Source: Chiloscyllium plagiosum
Lineage: Eukaryota
Assembly: GCF_004010195.1 (NCBI RefSeq)
Contig: NC_057720.1
Location: forward strand, 29,227,732 to 29,291,731
Reading direction: 5' to 3'
DNA: 64,000 bases
Position 1 is the stretch's first letter. Each line of letters starts with the position of its first letter. Positions 37,925 through 50,758 of this stretch are shown one piece after another. Made by a program: the position numbers and the translations under genes. Below the pieces are notes generated by a model, which saw only the letters and a program-made list of their open reading frames with translations, was not told the origin of the DNA and searched no databases.

Positions 37925-40529
37925 GTAATTGTTTTTGGTTCATTCTAATTGTTCAGTAGAGTAGGTTGACATGCCAGAGTTTAACCTAGTATATTTCCTT
38001 TATGATACTGTTACAAAACCCCATGCCATCTAATATTAGGTCATTGAGGATCCCTGCAGAGTGTATCATACTCCTGTAACTCACCATCCAAAATTATCTA
38101 TTTGCTGAGAAGCAGACTCATTTTGTGTCACAGTACTGATAAAATTTGAAGGTATGAAATTGAAAAAGCCATCTACTGGATGCAAGTGAAATCCATTACT
38201 GTCAAAGCTAACCTTGTCAAATGTTTAAATCCTGCTGAAAGAAAGAGATTCTTCAGACAGGAAAAAATAAATACTCAGTAGTCCATTGTCATTCCATTTA
38301 TGAAACAGGTATGTGAGTTAAAATATAAATTTCAGACAGTTAGTGAATGGAATTTGTAATATATAGAAAATACACAGTAACATACATAGTAAGATCTTGG
38401 GCATAAAATTATCTTTGTTCCATTTAACTGACTCTCCCTAACATTGACCTTGGGCACTGAAGCCAAAAGCAAGGTTATTTTGGTAGCACGCTGTCCAAAT
38501 ATGGTTGTGAGGCGATTACATTTGAAGCAAGGAGGGGGGTTTAGGATAACGAATGGGGGTTAGGCGGTTACCGAATACTTAAGATTCCAGCTTCTACTGT
38601 CCATGTTGTTCAATGCACCGCGCATTGATTGGAACAAAATCACATTTCTTGGTTCTATTCTTAAAATCTGTAAATATTTTCCCTGCCATTTTTCCTAATG
38701 ATAACCTGTCCCATAATTCTGTCAACATTTTATTTTATAAAAAATAGTCATCTAAATTTCTTGCACTGATTTTAATGCCCCAAACTCAACTAATTAATTC
38801 TTTCATTGAATCCCTTGCCTGACAGAAGAACTTAGCTGTTTCCAAGCTTTGGCTCATAGCTTTGAAAGTCTTCTGTAATGTTATGTTTTGCCTTGTGCAT
38901 TTCTTCAAATGGACATCTGTACTTCTTTGCAGAGAGTCAAGCTTCCAGATAGACGATTGTTATGTCTCACAGGGGTAGCACGCTACAAATCGCAGTCATA
39001 TGAAAGTTAAAGATTTTATAAGAAGTGGATAAAATTCCCCAGTTTGTCAGCACGGACTAGAATCTTGTACTCAACCAGAATTAATATTTGCTTTGTGTAA
39101 ATAGATTCTAGCTACAAGTCAACAATTACGAACTGTCAATTCTTCTAGTTAAAACTGTAACCCTCCTTTAAAACTTGCCCAATGCACACAAACAGCTGCA
39201 AAAAGAAATTGGGGTGTCATGGGTAGAGAAGAAGACTGGGAAAGCTGTTCCCTGCTGACAGGTAAAATGCCTTTGATGAGACACAGTCACACCTTTTGGA
39301 TCTATTTTCCATTTCATTTTGCTGACCCGATCCGATCGGCTTGTCAGGTTCTGCTGCTGCTCAATCTTCCTTCTCCAGGTGCTTTAATTTGCTTGTAAGA
39401 GACACAGAGTGATGGTTCTACACATAATGTTTCTGTTTATTGGTAAAAAGCCACTACCCCCAGAAATTGATGAGGGAAAGTAAGCAATTTTCTTTTTCAA
39501 ACTTGAGGTAGTACAGAGAAAAGGGCAACTCCTTCCATTCCAGCGGTCAAAGAGTACTGCACAAACATTTGTACTTATGATCTGTTCAGCTAACTGGCAG
39601 CAAATCACATAGTTGTTGTCAGACAGATGGCCTTTGTCATTGACAACAGGTCACTAATATACAGGCCAGTCATTTGCATGTCCCCCTTGGTTCCAGTTTT
39701 CTGCAATTAGGCCTCTTCCTGTCCTCCTCAACACTATCTCCATCTCTATTTGTACTTTATCCATGAACTAGAAGCAATGATAAGTAGTCAGTCATACTGT
39801 CAGAGATAATTAAACTTAAATTATAAAAATGAATAAGGGGAGAGCATATCTGCAGGGGTTTTCACTAAGGACTGTATATTTCACTAAGGACTGAAATAGA
39901 AAATATGGGGTTGAAAAGCTTTAGAGACCTCTTTCATAGGATAAAATGAAGGGCAGCAGAAAGAGTTCAAGCTAGGCATTGTTAGCTAACGGACATCACA
40001 GAATGGATGAAAATGACACAAGACAAAGGAACATGATATACCATGACAGCAGATATCTGGTTGAAATACCTACAAGCACAGAATTCAAAAATCCATTGTT
40101 TAATTATAGAAATGTTATTTAAATTTGTACCATCTTCTAGCTTGCATTCTTCAAATTTGCTGATCAAAATTGAGCAGATTTCTTGGATGCTGATTGGAGC
40201 ACTATATTTTGAACATCATATTTAATGACTCGTGTTATACAGGTTTACCTGTAAGATTCAGAATTCCACATACTTTGTTAATTAATACTTAGTTAACATA
40301 AGTAGCCTATCAAATTTCTGAAATTTTATTCTGGACAATGAATGTAGAATCTCTGTGGGTTTTGACAGTTACTCTAAGCTTTGCTTTTCCAATTATTTAT
40401 GATCGGTATGTTCTGACCTCATTTTAATCAGTTCACTAATGATTTTCCATGGTAGAACCTTGTTAAGTGTGATGACAATATTGTGAATTCTGAAATAATT
40501 ATTTATTAAATCATGAATTGCATTGATAG

Positions 40530-40627
40530 ATTTGTACAAATTGACTGATGAACATCTAGGCGAAGGATCCTATGCCAAGGTCCGAGGCTGTGTCAATTTA
40601 CACAGTGGAAAAGAATGTGCTGTGAAG
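40530..40627 (+). CDS. MKNK1: MKNK1 exon: DLYKLTDEHLGEGSYAKVRGCVNLHSGKECAVK (Gly loop, VAVK-type Lys)
   Basis: 98 nt, phase 1-0, ag acceptor and aag|gtaatg donor, kinase subdomains I-II. Confidence 0.95.
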
Positions 40628-40800
40628 GTAATGAGCAAAATGTTATCACCATTACTTCGTGTGGAATACATTTCTTGCAATGGAAGATGCAGCTCCTGAA
40701 AATTCAGCTTTTCAAAGCTCAAACCATATTGGAGTTATACCTGACTTGATCTAAATTGTTATAATAAAGGCAAAAATACTTTATTTTTTTTCCCCTACAG

Positions 40801-40880
40801 ATAATTGAGAAGAAAACAGATCTGAGCCGAAATAGGGTGTTCCGTGAAGTGGAGACTTTATACCAATGTCAGGGAAGCCA
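40801..40880 (+). CDS. MKNK1: MKNK1 exon: IIEKKTDLSRNRVFREVETLYQCQGS(Q)
   Basis: 80 nt, tttcccctacag / ca|gtaagt; VETLYQCQG is MNK1-type (MNK2 has VEMLYQCQG). Confidence 0.95.
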
Positions 40881-41336
40881 GTAAGTTTCAAAGCCTACAG
40901 TATGGAGGTATGGGCAGAGCTAACTTAGAGAAGTGATGTACTACTGTACTCAAAACAAAAAATTAATACCTTCAAGAATATCAGTAGACCACTTTATTAT
41001 AGCGACTTCTCTGTCTTCCTTTTAAGTTTTAACTTTCTCTCTTCCTCTTCTCATTCAATCTCATTTTTCTAATTAACTTTCATACACTCCTTTGTTCTCA
41101 GTGTCATCTTCTGTTTGTTTATTTATTTGCAGTGTAGGAGGGAAAAAAAAAGGTCTGATGGGTCCAAGCCAGATCATTAACTCAAAGGTAGCACCTATTA
41201 ACACCACATGTGCACACTGCTTGAAAATGTGTGTATGCGTGTTTACTGGAATATGTGTATTTATATGGATTCTTCACCAATACAAAATATGGTGGCAATG
41301 AAATAGGCAGAAAACAAATTAACATATGGAACTGGG

Positions 41337-41465
41337 GAAAAAAGCGAGAGCTGCAGATGCTGGAGATCAGAGACAAAAGTGTGGTGCTGAAAAGCGCAGC
41401 TGGTAAAGCAGCATCTGAGGAGCAGGAGAGTCGACGTTTCGAGCAAAAGCTCTTCATTAGGAATA
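41337..41465 (-). mobile_element. Penelope-derived terminus (family A) with mutated hammerhead core
   Basis: Minus strand CTAATGA-A-gagc(tttt)gctc-GAAACGTC (41433-41460). Confidence 0.7.
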
Positions 41466-41479
41466 TGGGATCTTCCTGT

Positions 41480-41871
41480 GTTCTTTTCTTTTTCTTATGA
41501 ATACCTGCATCACAGGTTACTGATCAAAAAGCTACTTTTAAGAGAGCTTTTTTTTTCAAGCACTCTGTTTACATGCTAGGCTCAGCAGTTCTCCTCTCAA
41601 CTGTTCAATTTTCCCTGTCTTATACACCCAAATAATCGGATTGTGTCATTGGCTTTTAAGATTGCCAATATACTCGATTCAAATTGGTTGGAGTTTGATA
41701 TTTTTCCTTGTATAATTTAAACTGATTGACCGAATTCGAATTTGTGTTTTTTGTTTCATAGCAACTAGTGCTGTTTGTTCTTAATCAAATTTTACTTTGT
41801 AAATTCTCCAGTGCTTGGTGTACTGGCCAAGTGCTTCACTCTCTTAAACGTACACCCACATCTTCATAACA
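41480..41871 (-). mobile_element. Partial solo LTR related to 1250-1940
   Basis: Shared blocks ttatac..ccaaa, cattgg, ttcaaatt..ttggagtttg, atttaaactg, gaatt.gaatttg and ctcttaaa...ataaca terminus. Confidence 0.6.
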
Positions 41872-41994
41872 ATTTCAATAGTATACTACTTTCTGCTCAT
41901 GTACAGCTTCTTTTTGTATGACATTGTCAGAATTCTGCATGATGTATCATCTGTGATGCATTCTGGGAGAAGCAGGCAGTATTCAGTACATGAC

Positions 41995-43300
41995 AAAGTT
42001 AATAGGAGGAGAAAGACTGGAAGTTAGGAAGACAAATATGATAGCGTTCATTTCAAGACGGCTAGAATAGAAGAACAGAGATGCACTAAGACTGCACAAG
42101 GCTGTAGCTGGTCAGACCATATTTGGAATATTGTGAACAGTTTTGGGTCCCATATCTAAGGAAGGATGCGTTGGCATTAGAGGGGGTCCAGACAATGTTT
42201 GCAAGAATGATCCTGGAGTCCTATGACCTGAGGGCACAGCCTCAGAGTGAAGAGGTGACCCTTTAGAACTGAGTTGAGGAGGAATTTCTTCCGCCTGTGG
42301 TGGTTAATGTGTGGAACTCATTACTCAGAAGGCAGTGGAGGCCAAGTCATTGAATGTTTTTAAGACAGAGATACATAGGTTCTTGATTACTAAGGGGATC
42401 ATGGGTTACAGGGAGAAGTAGGAGAATGAGGCTTTGAAACATACCAGCCATGATTGAATAGCAGTGGAGACTCATGGGGACAAACAGCCTATTTTTGTTC
42501 CTTTGTTTTATGGTCTTATGTAAGATTAATTTATCTCTAAGCTAAAGAAAGCTTGTTAAATTACCCAATTTGGACCAATACAGGATAGATCAGGGTACTT
42601 TCTAAATGATGCAAAGTTTAATACAGTGGATTTCGAAAGTCAGTTTGGAGTTCACGTGCATAGGTCTTTGAAATATCATGAACAGTTGGAGAAAATATTC
42701 AAGAAAGCTCTTGGAAAGCTGGCTTTTATATCTCGAGGACTGAAGCACAAGAATGCAAAAGTTAAGCTGCAGTTATATATAATCCTCGTTAGAGTCCTTT
42801 TGGAGCACTGAGAGCAGATATGTGGACCACACCTTAATAACAATATATTGGTCTTGGAGGGAGTAACAGAAAATTTACAAGACTGCTACCTGGACTTCAG
42901 GAGCTAAGTTATGAGAAGGAGTTAATGAAATTAGAATTTAAAAGATTAAGGCGTGATCTAATAGAGGTTTTCAGCATGTTAACAGGGAGAGAGAGGGTGG
43001 CTAATGATAAACTGTTGAAGATTCTGTAACTATAGGTTATAGTCTGAGAATTCGGCCAGACCATGCAGGAGAGGTGTTAGGAAGCACTTCTACACACAAA
43101 GGCTGGTAGATGTTTGGAACTCACTTCCACAAACAGCAATAGATGCAGGATCTGTTGTTAATTTTAAATCTGAGATAAATTTTTGTTAAGCAAAATATTA
43201 AGACATTAGTCTAAGGCAGGTAAATGGACTTAAGGCAAAGATCAGCCATGATCTCATTGAATGATGGAATGATGGAACAAGCTTGAGGCTCATTCCTGTT
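41995..43300 (+). mobile_element. Two decayed CR1 3' fragments in tandem
   Basis: ggtcagaccatatttggaatattgtgaacagttttgg, ORF 42626-42811 (LGKLAFISRGL..LYIILVR), two cagccatgat tails. Confidence 0.75.
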
Positions 43301-44646
43301 ATGTTTCACAGATATCCACATCAATCCCTTCAATGAAAGGCAATTAACTCCATTCTAGGAGTAAATATTTTAAGGCACTGATCAGAAGTTGCAAAGGGGC
43401 CTGTACTTAAGTTGGATGGTCACTTAACCAAACACTAATGGAAGGATACCCATGAAATCTTCCACCTTGGAAAATAATTAAAACCTTGAGGAGAGGTGAA
43501 GCATATTGTGGAGAGCTATATTATACATCTTGTTTTGTCCTAAGGAAGAATCGAATGAAAATTCGGGCTTACGTAATATTTAAGGGAGGTTTTGGAGTGC
43601 TGGGGAAGGAAGATAGACAAGTAAGAAGTCAAACATAGTGTGTAACTATTATTTATCAGTCTTCCTGTTAATTTAAATTTCTTAAAAATGATTATATATA
43701 CAATAACACCTTTTGTGTTATTGTGAAATTTGTGGTGTAGTTCTGTCAATTAATTGCCAGATGTACAGATTTCTTCACACATGAACAGTCGTTAACAGGA
43801 TTATAGTAATACTCAATCCTGCAACTATTGTTGTGCTGTTTTGTTTTCAGTGACACCTGTTGCCTTGGCAGTCGTTGTGATGATAGTTTCAATGTTTGAT
43901 CAATGTTTAATATCGTATTCTTCCTACCTGTTACTTTGCAAAGATTATATAATAATCTTCCAATTCACCTTGCTCAATAATAAATGCTATGAGAGAGCTT
44001 ATCAGCATTCAGAATATGTAATACTCAAAAGTTTGTATAGAGCCAAATCCAGATGGTCACACAGATTATATTAATTCCTAATAATAGTGTGTGGCCATGT
44101 TCATGTTGATTTACAACAACAGTAAAAGGACCTATGCAGCTGTGGAGAGAGAGGAATGATCTTTCATGGGTTTGTTTGTGGACTGGGCATTTTAAAACAT
44201 TGAATGTTTACATCAGACTGACAATTGGCTCATTGGGGCTGCAATTACCCTACTGTTGGAACAATAAATGGGCTTAATATTAGAACATGACTGCACTTTG
44301 TAGCTTTAAACCAAGCCCAACACAATCAATGTTAAATAAATTTACATTGTAATTTTTATAATAGTGAATTCTTCATGGGAGATTTTATAGTAGTAAATAA
44401 TTTGTAGCTAATAAGATAGACAAACAAAGACTGTTACTTGACAATATCAGAGCCTGTTATTCAGACTCCAGCAAATTGAGATGTGTGGAAAGAGTCCGTT
44501 ACATTTTCAAATACCACCACAGAAATTCACGAGAGAAATATGTCTGTGTGAAGAAAGGAAATCAATATATGATAAAATGTTTTCATTCACTTGTTATTCA
44601 ATTGGAACAGGAGGCATTTTTTTCTTGGTTTTATCTTTTTCACTGA

Positions 44647-44898
<252 letters not shown>

Positions 44899-45486
44899 TA
44901 AAGAAGTTTCTGTATTTCAGGCACAGAACTTTGCAAAATTGTTCACGCACAGTTAATTAGTTTAATGTTATAATGCAAGTTTTAGATGCATCGGTCAGTC
45001 TATTGCGTTCACCATTCCCTTAGGTCAGTCTGCTGATCCACCCATTCAAGATTAGGTGTTGGTGCAATGATGTTGGAAGCATAGTAATTGCTTGTATTTT
45101 AATTGCTAATTGTGTTAGAGGTATGGGCAAATGGGGACGAAAAGGACATAAATGTACGTTAAGTAGAACTGAAGAAAAAATCATTAGATCCCACCAGCTC
45201 ATCCATACAACGTATAAAGTCTGTAACCCCTGCCCATTACTTCAACATGTTACGGTTCCAGAGACTTACCTCCACTAACTTATCCAAAACACCAGGAGTG
45301 CTATTTATCTTTTTTTGTTTTGGAGAACTAATGACGGAACTCAGTGCCAAAGGTTTTTTTTTAAATCCGACACCTGTTATCTCTTTATCCTGCTGTATGC
45401 TTTAGTTGAAATCTGACCTGGCTTTTTTTTTATATTTCACTTAATTTAGTACACAAGATATGCTAATATAGATGGTGAATGTTAAT

Positions 45487-45649
45487 GGGGTGGCATGGTG
45501 GCTCAGTGGTTAGTACTGCTGCCTCACAGCACCAGGAACATGGGTTCGATTCCAGCCTTGGGCGACTGTCTGTGTGGAGTTTGCACAATCTCCACATGTC
45601 TGTGTTAGTTTCCTCCGGGTGCTCTGGTTTCTACCCACAATCTAAAGAT
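45487..45649 (+). mobile_element. 5' half of an HE1 SINE split by a CR1 insertion
   Basis: tRNA head through cacaatctaaagat; continuation at 48330. Confidence 0.85.
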
Positions 45650-48329
45650 TGAACATAGAACAGTACAGGACAGAAATGGCCCTTCAGCCTACGATATTGT
45701 GCTGACCACTGATCCTTATGTATGCACCCTCAAATTTCTGTGACCATATGCATGTCCAGTAGTCTCTTAAATGTCCCCAATGACCTTGCTTCCACAACTA
45801 ATGCGGGCAATGCATTCCATGCTCTCTCAACTCTGTGTAAAGAACCCGCCTCTGACATCCCCTCTATACTTTCCTCCAACCAGCTTAAAACTATGACCCC
45901 TCATGTTAGTCATTTCTGCACTGGGAAATAGTTTCTGGCTATCGACTCTATCTATGCCTCTCATTATCTTGTACACCTCAATTAGGTCCCCTCTCCTCCT
46001 CCTTTTCTCCAATGAAAAAGGTCCGAGCTCAGTCAACCTCTCTTCATAAGATAAGCCCTCCAGTCCAGGCAGCATCCTGGTAAACCTCCTCTGAACCCTC
46101 TCCAAAGCATCAACATCTTTCCGATAATAGGGTGACCAGAACTGGATGCAGTATTCCAAGTGCGGTCGAACCAAAGTTTCTCGAGCTGCATCAAGATCTC
46201 ACGACTTTTAAACTCAATCCCCCTGTTAATGAAAATCAAAACACCATATACTTTCTTAACATCCCTGTCCACTTGGGTGGCCATTTTAAGGGATCTATGT
46301 ACCTGCACACCAAGATCCCTCTGTTCCTCCACACTGCCAAGAATCCTATCCTTAATCCTGTACTCAGCTTTCAAATTCAACCTTCCAAATGCATCACCTC
46401 GCATTTATCCAATTTGAACTCCATCTGCCACCTCTCAGCCCATCTCTGCACCCTGTCAATGTCCCGCTGCAGCCTACAACAGCCCTCTATACTGTCAACA
46501 ACACCTCCAACCTTTGTGTCATCTGCAAACATGCTGACCCATCCTTCAATCCCCTCATCCAAGTCATTAATAAAAATTACAAACAGTAGAGGCCCAAGGA
46601 CAGAGCCCTGTGGAACACCACACACCACTGACTTCCAGGCAGAATATTTTCCTTCTACTACCACAAGCTGTCTTCTGTTGGCCATCCAATTCTGTATCCA
46701 GACAGCTATGTTCCCCTGAATCCCATTCCTCCTGACCTTCTGAATGAGCCTACCATGGGGAACCTTATCAAAAGCCTTGCTGAAGTCCATATAACCACAT
46801 CCACAGCTCGACCCTCATCAACTTTTCTAGTCACATCCTTAAAGAACTCGATAAGGTTTGTGAGGCATGACCTGCCCCTCACAAAACCGTGTTGACTGCA
46901 TTTAATCAAGCCATTCTCTTCCAGATGGTCATAAATCCTATTCCTCAGAGTCCTTTCTAACACCTTGCAGATGACAGACTTGAGACCTACTGGTCTATAA
47001 TTGCTGGGGATTTCCCTATTTCCTTTCTTGAAGAGAGGAATTATATTTGCCTCTCTCCAGTCCTCAGATACAACTCCAGTGGAGAGCGAGGATGAAAAGA
47101 TCTTCGCAAGAGGCGAAGCAATTGCATTTCTCGTTTCCCAAAGCAGCTGAGGACAAATCTGGTCCGGGTCTGGCGACTTGTCAATCTTAATGTTTGTTTG
47201 ACAAAATTTTCAGCACATCAGCTTCCTCTATCTCTATCCATTCCAGCATGCACACCTGCTCTTCAAAGGTTTCATTCACTATAAAGTTAGTTTCTTTCGT
47301 AAAGACAGAAGCAAAAAACTCATTGAGGGCTTCCCCTACCTCCTCAGACTCCACACACAAGTTACCTATGCTATCCCTGATTGGCCCTACTCTTTCGTTG
47401 ACCATTCTCTTATTCCTCACATTAGTGTAAAATGCCTTTGTGTTCTCCCTAATCGTTCTGCCAAGCCTTTCTCGTACCCCCTCCTGGCTTTCCTCAGACC
47501 ATTTTCAAGCTCCTTCCTCGCCTGCTTGTAATCCTCTAGAGCTGAGCTTGACCCTAGCTTCCTCCACCTTATGTAAGCTACCTTTTTCCTTTTGATGAGA
47601 AGCTCCACTGCTCCCGTCATCCAAGGTTCCTTTATCTTATCACTTCTTGCCTGTCTCAGAGGGACATATTTATTCATCACTTGCAACAACTGTTCCTTAA
47701 ACAGTCTCCACATGTCTATAGTGCCTTTACCATGGAACAATTGCTCCCAATCCATGCTTCCTAACTCCTGTCTAATCACATCATAGTTTCCTCTTCCCCA
47801 ATTAAATATCCTCCCATTTTGCCTAATCCTCTCCTTCTCCATAGCTATATAGAATGTGAGGCAGTTGTGGTCACTATCACCAAAATGCGCTCCCACCACA
47901 AGATCTGATACCCGCCCCGGCTCGTTTCCGAGCACCAAGTCTAGAATGGCCTCTCCCCTCGTCGGCCTGTCAACGTACTGAGTTAGGAAACCCTCCTGAA
48001 CGCACCTTACAAAAACAGCTCCATTCAAATCTTCTGCTCGAAGGAGGTTCCAAGCAATATTGGGAAAGTTAAAGTCACCCATTACAACAACCCTACTACG
48101 TCCACACTTTTCCAAAATCTGCCGACCTATGCTTTCTTCCCTCTTTTTCCCCCCTCCCTATTCTTTTTAAATGCTCTAAACCCTGGAACATCCAGCAACC
48201 ATTCCTGCCCCTGAGAAACCCATGTCTCTGTTATGGCCACAACATCATAGCACCAGGTACTGATCCATGCTCTAAGTTCATCACTTTTATTCCTGATACT
48301 CCTTGCGTTAAAGCTAACACACTTTAACT
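45650..48329 (-). mobile_element. Relatively well-preserved 2.7 kb CR1 LINE (endonuclease-RT-3' end), frameshifted
   Basis: Overlapping ORFs 47417-48115 (VVMGDFN, SDHN), 46706-46963 (QHGFVRGRSCLTNL), 46377-46790 (DFSKAFDKVPH, GVPQGSVLGP, FADD) and 45827-46174. Confidence 0.95.
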
Positions 48330-48515
48330 GATGTGTAGCTTAGGTGAATTGGCCATGCTAAATTGCCCATAGTGCTCAGGGATGTGTAAGGCTAGGTGCA
48401 TTAGTCAGGGGTAAATATAAGGAAGGGGAATGAGTCTAAATGGGTTACTCTTCGGAAGGTTGGTGTGGAATTGTTGGGCTGAAAGGCCTGTTTCCACTCT
48501 GTCAGGATTCTATAT
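48330..48515 (+). mobile_element. 3' half of the split HE1 SINE
   Basis: gatgtgtagcttaggtgaattggccatgctaaattgccc...ggcctgtttccactctgtcaggattctat. Confidence 0.85.
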
Positions 48516-48889
48516 TCTGTATAGATATTGTTAAGTCACTGTACTAGTAATGTACAAGTAAAGACTAAATGATCAGAGTCAAGTGTATAAGTCACAATTG
48601 AGGCTGGAAAATTTAAGTTTGTTAAACGAAAAATAGCCAATAAAGATTAGTTTCAGTAATGGTACTCATGAAGCTATCAAATTGTTCAACAATTATTGAT
48701 GTTTAACCACTCTTAGTATCAAGCCACTACAAAAAACAAGAAGGGCTCTTGTGGTGCAGTGATAGTGTCCCTACATCCAGGCCCGAAGCCCCATCTGCTC
48801 CAGAGGTGTGCCATGATACCTCTAAACAGATTGATTAAAGGCACTTAAAACCTGATGGATCAGCCAGCAACATCCTGGAGATCAAACAC

Positions 48890-50410
48890 CACTAAGGTAC
48901 ATCCAGCCTTGCTAATCCTGTAAATCACCCCACATCACTAACATTTAGGACTTCTAAAGACTTCGGAAGAAATGCCCCACAGATATTTAAGCAGCAGCCT
49001 AATTTCGTCATAGTAACATATTCATCACAGAATCCCAGACCCTGCCATAACCATCCTTGGATATGTCCCAGTGCAACAGTGGCAGTGATGCAGTGTTATA
49101 CAGTTGGTTGGGCATGGCTACAGGACTTCCTAATACTATTCTGGACCTTGTGAAGTCCAATGCCATTGACTCAAATGGGGGGACAACTAAACCTCTTGTT
49201 AACTTGTTGCTGTCCCTCAGTTAATGAATCAGAGCTCGACCAGGTTGAGTGCCACTTAGAGGTAGTTTATTTTTTAAGCGTTCATAGGATGTTGGTGTTA
49301 CAGGCTATGCCAATAGTTCCTACCTATTCCAAGTTGATGAGCTATATAATTATTGTAGCTACAAAGAAATCTTGGAATTTTATGTTGAGTAATTCACCTC
49401 TCCAAAGCTAGTCCTCCATCTATAAGGCAAAATTTGCAAATATGATGGAATACTGTTCAATTGCTTGGATGAGTACAGCTGTAATGTCATTCAAGAAACC
49501 CCTATGAACATAAGAAATAGGAATAGAAGGTGGCCATTCAGCCACTTCAGTCTGTTTCACCATTAATAAGATCATGGCTAATTTGTTTGCATTTCAGAAT
49601 CCATATTCTCACCTGATTTTTGCTTTAAAAATATTGAATGGCACTGACTCTTGAGACAAAGTGTTTGAAAGTCTCAACTCTCAGGAAAAAAAAAAGCAAA
49701 ACCATGCAGGACAAAACTGCCTACATGGGCACCAGGTCCAACACCTTAAGCATTCATTCCTTTCACAACTGGCATACACTGCTTGTAACATGTACCATTT
49801 ACAACTCCCCAAGTCTCCTTCAAAAGCACCTTCCAAACTGACAACCTCTATTATCTAGAAGGACAAGGGCAACAGATGCATAAGAGTGCCATCAGCTGCA
49901 ACTTGCTTCCAAGTCACCCACCATCTTGACTTGGAACTATATCACTGTTCTTACACTGTGGCTAGTTAAAATTCTGGAATTCCCTTCTTAACAGTACTGT
50001 CATTTTACACCACATGGACTACAACAGTTCAGGGAAGCAGCTTACCAATAACTTCTCAAGGACATAGGTCAGCACAGTTGCTCAGTGGTTAGCACTGTCA
50101 CATCAAAGCACCAGGGATTCTGGTTCGATTCCAATCTCAGGTGACTGTCTGTGTGGAGTTTACACATTCTCCCTGTGTCTGGGTGGGTATCTCCTGGATG
50201 CTTTGATTTCTTTCCACAGTCCAAAGATGTGCAGGTTAGGTAGATTAGCCATGGGAAATGCAGAGTGACAGGAATAGGATAGGGGGGACGGGTCTGGGTG
50301 GGATGCTCTGAAGGTCCAGATGGACTTGATGAGCAGAATGGCCTTTTTTTCACACTAGGAAATTCTATGAATTGAGGTTGGGCAATAAATGCTGTCCTTC
50401 CAGAGTCATT
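48890..50410 (+). mobile_element. Highly decayed CR1/L2-group LINE remnants with nested CR1 tail and SINE
   Basis: atctataaggc..atggaatactgttcaattgcttggatgagt (YKA..MEY....W-like) and 3' tail gggcaataaatgctg. Confidence 0.45.
50067..50370 (+). mobile_element. HE1/V-SINE-type SINE
   Basis: gctcagtggttagcactg head, ggttcgattcc B-box, cacagtccaaagatgtgcaggttagg core. Confidence 0.85.
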
Positions 50411-50613
50411 CATTTTGTAAAAATCAAAAACTTGGGTAAGTTATTAAAATGTACAAAATATTATTTATAAGAAAAATACCAAACCTGAAAAAAATCCCAG
50501 AACTACAACATTATACCTATTAGAGAAGTTTGAACTATAAAGGAGACTTGGGGGTGACCTGATAGAAGTCATTAAGGTCATGAAAGGGTTTGGTAGGGTA
50601 GAGGTGGAGAAGA

Positions 50614-50758
50614 GAATCGACGTTTCAGGCATAAGCCCTTCTTCAGGCTTATGCCTGAAACGTCGATTCTCCTGTTCCTTGGATGCTGCCTGACCTACGC
50701 ATTTCCAGTAACACATTTTCAGCTCTGATCTCCAGCATCTGCAGTCCTCACTTTCTCC
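50614..50758. mobile_element. Penelope-derived fold-back insertion with hammerhead core on the minus strand
   Basis: Perfect 15-bp TSD tagaggtggagaaga (50599-50613, 50759-50773); minus strand CTGAAGA-A-gggc(ttat)gcct-GAAACGTC at 50619-50646. Confidence 0.85.

Noticed and set aside
39860..39893. 15-bp direct repeat tttcactaaggactg x2 (also 13-bp tandem gtttaaagttact x2 at 7396-7421)
   Set aside because: Simple local duplications with no further structure
46132..46719. 195-aa plus-strand ORF
   Set aside because: Antisense shadow of the CR1 RT coding region
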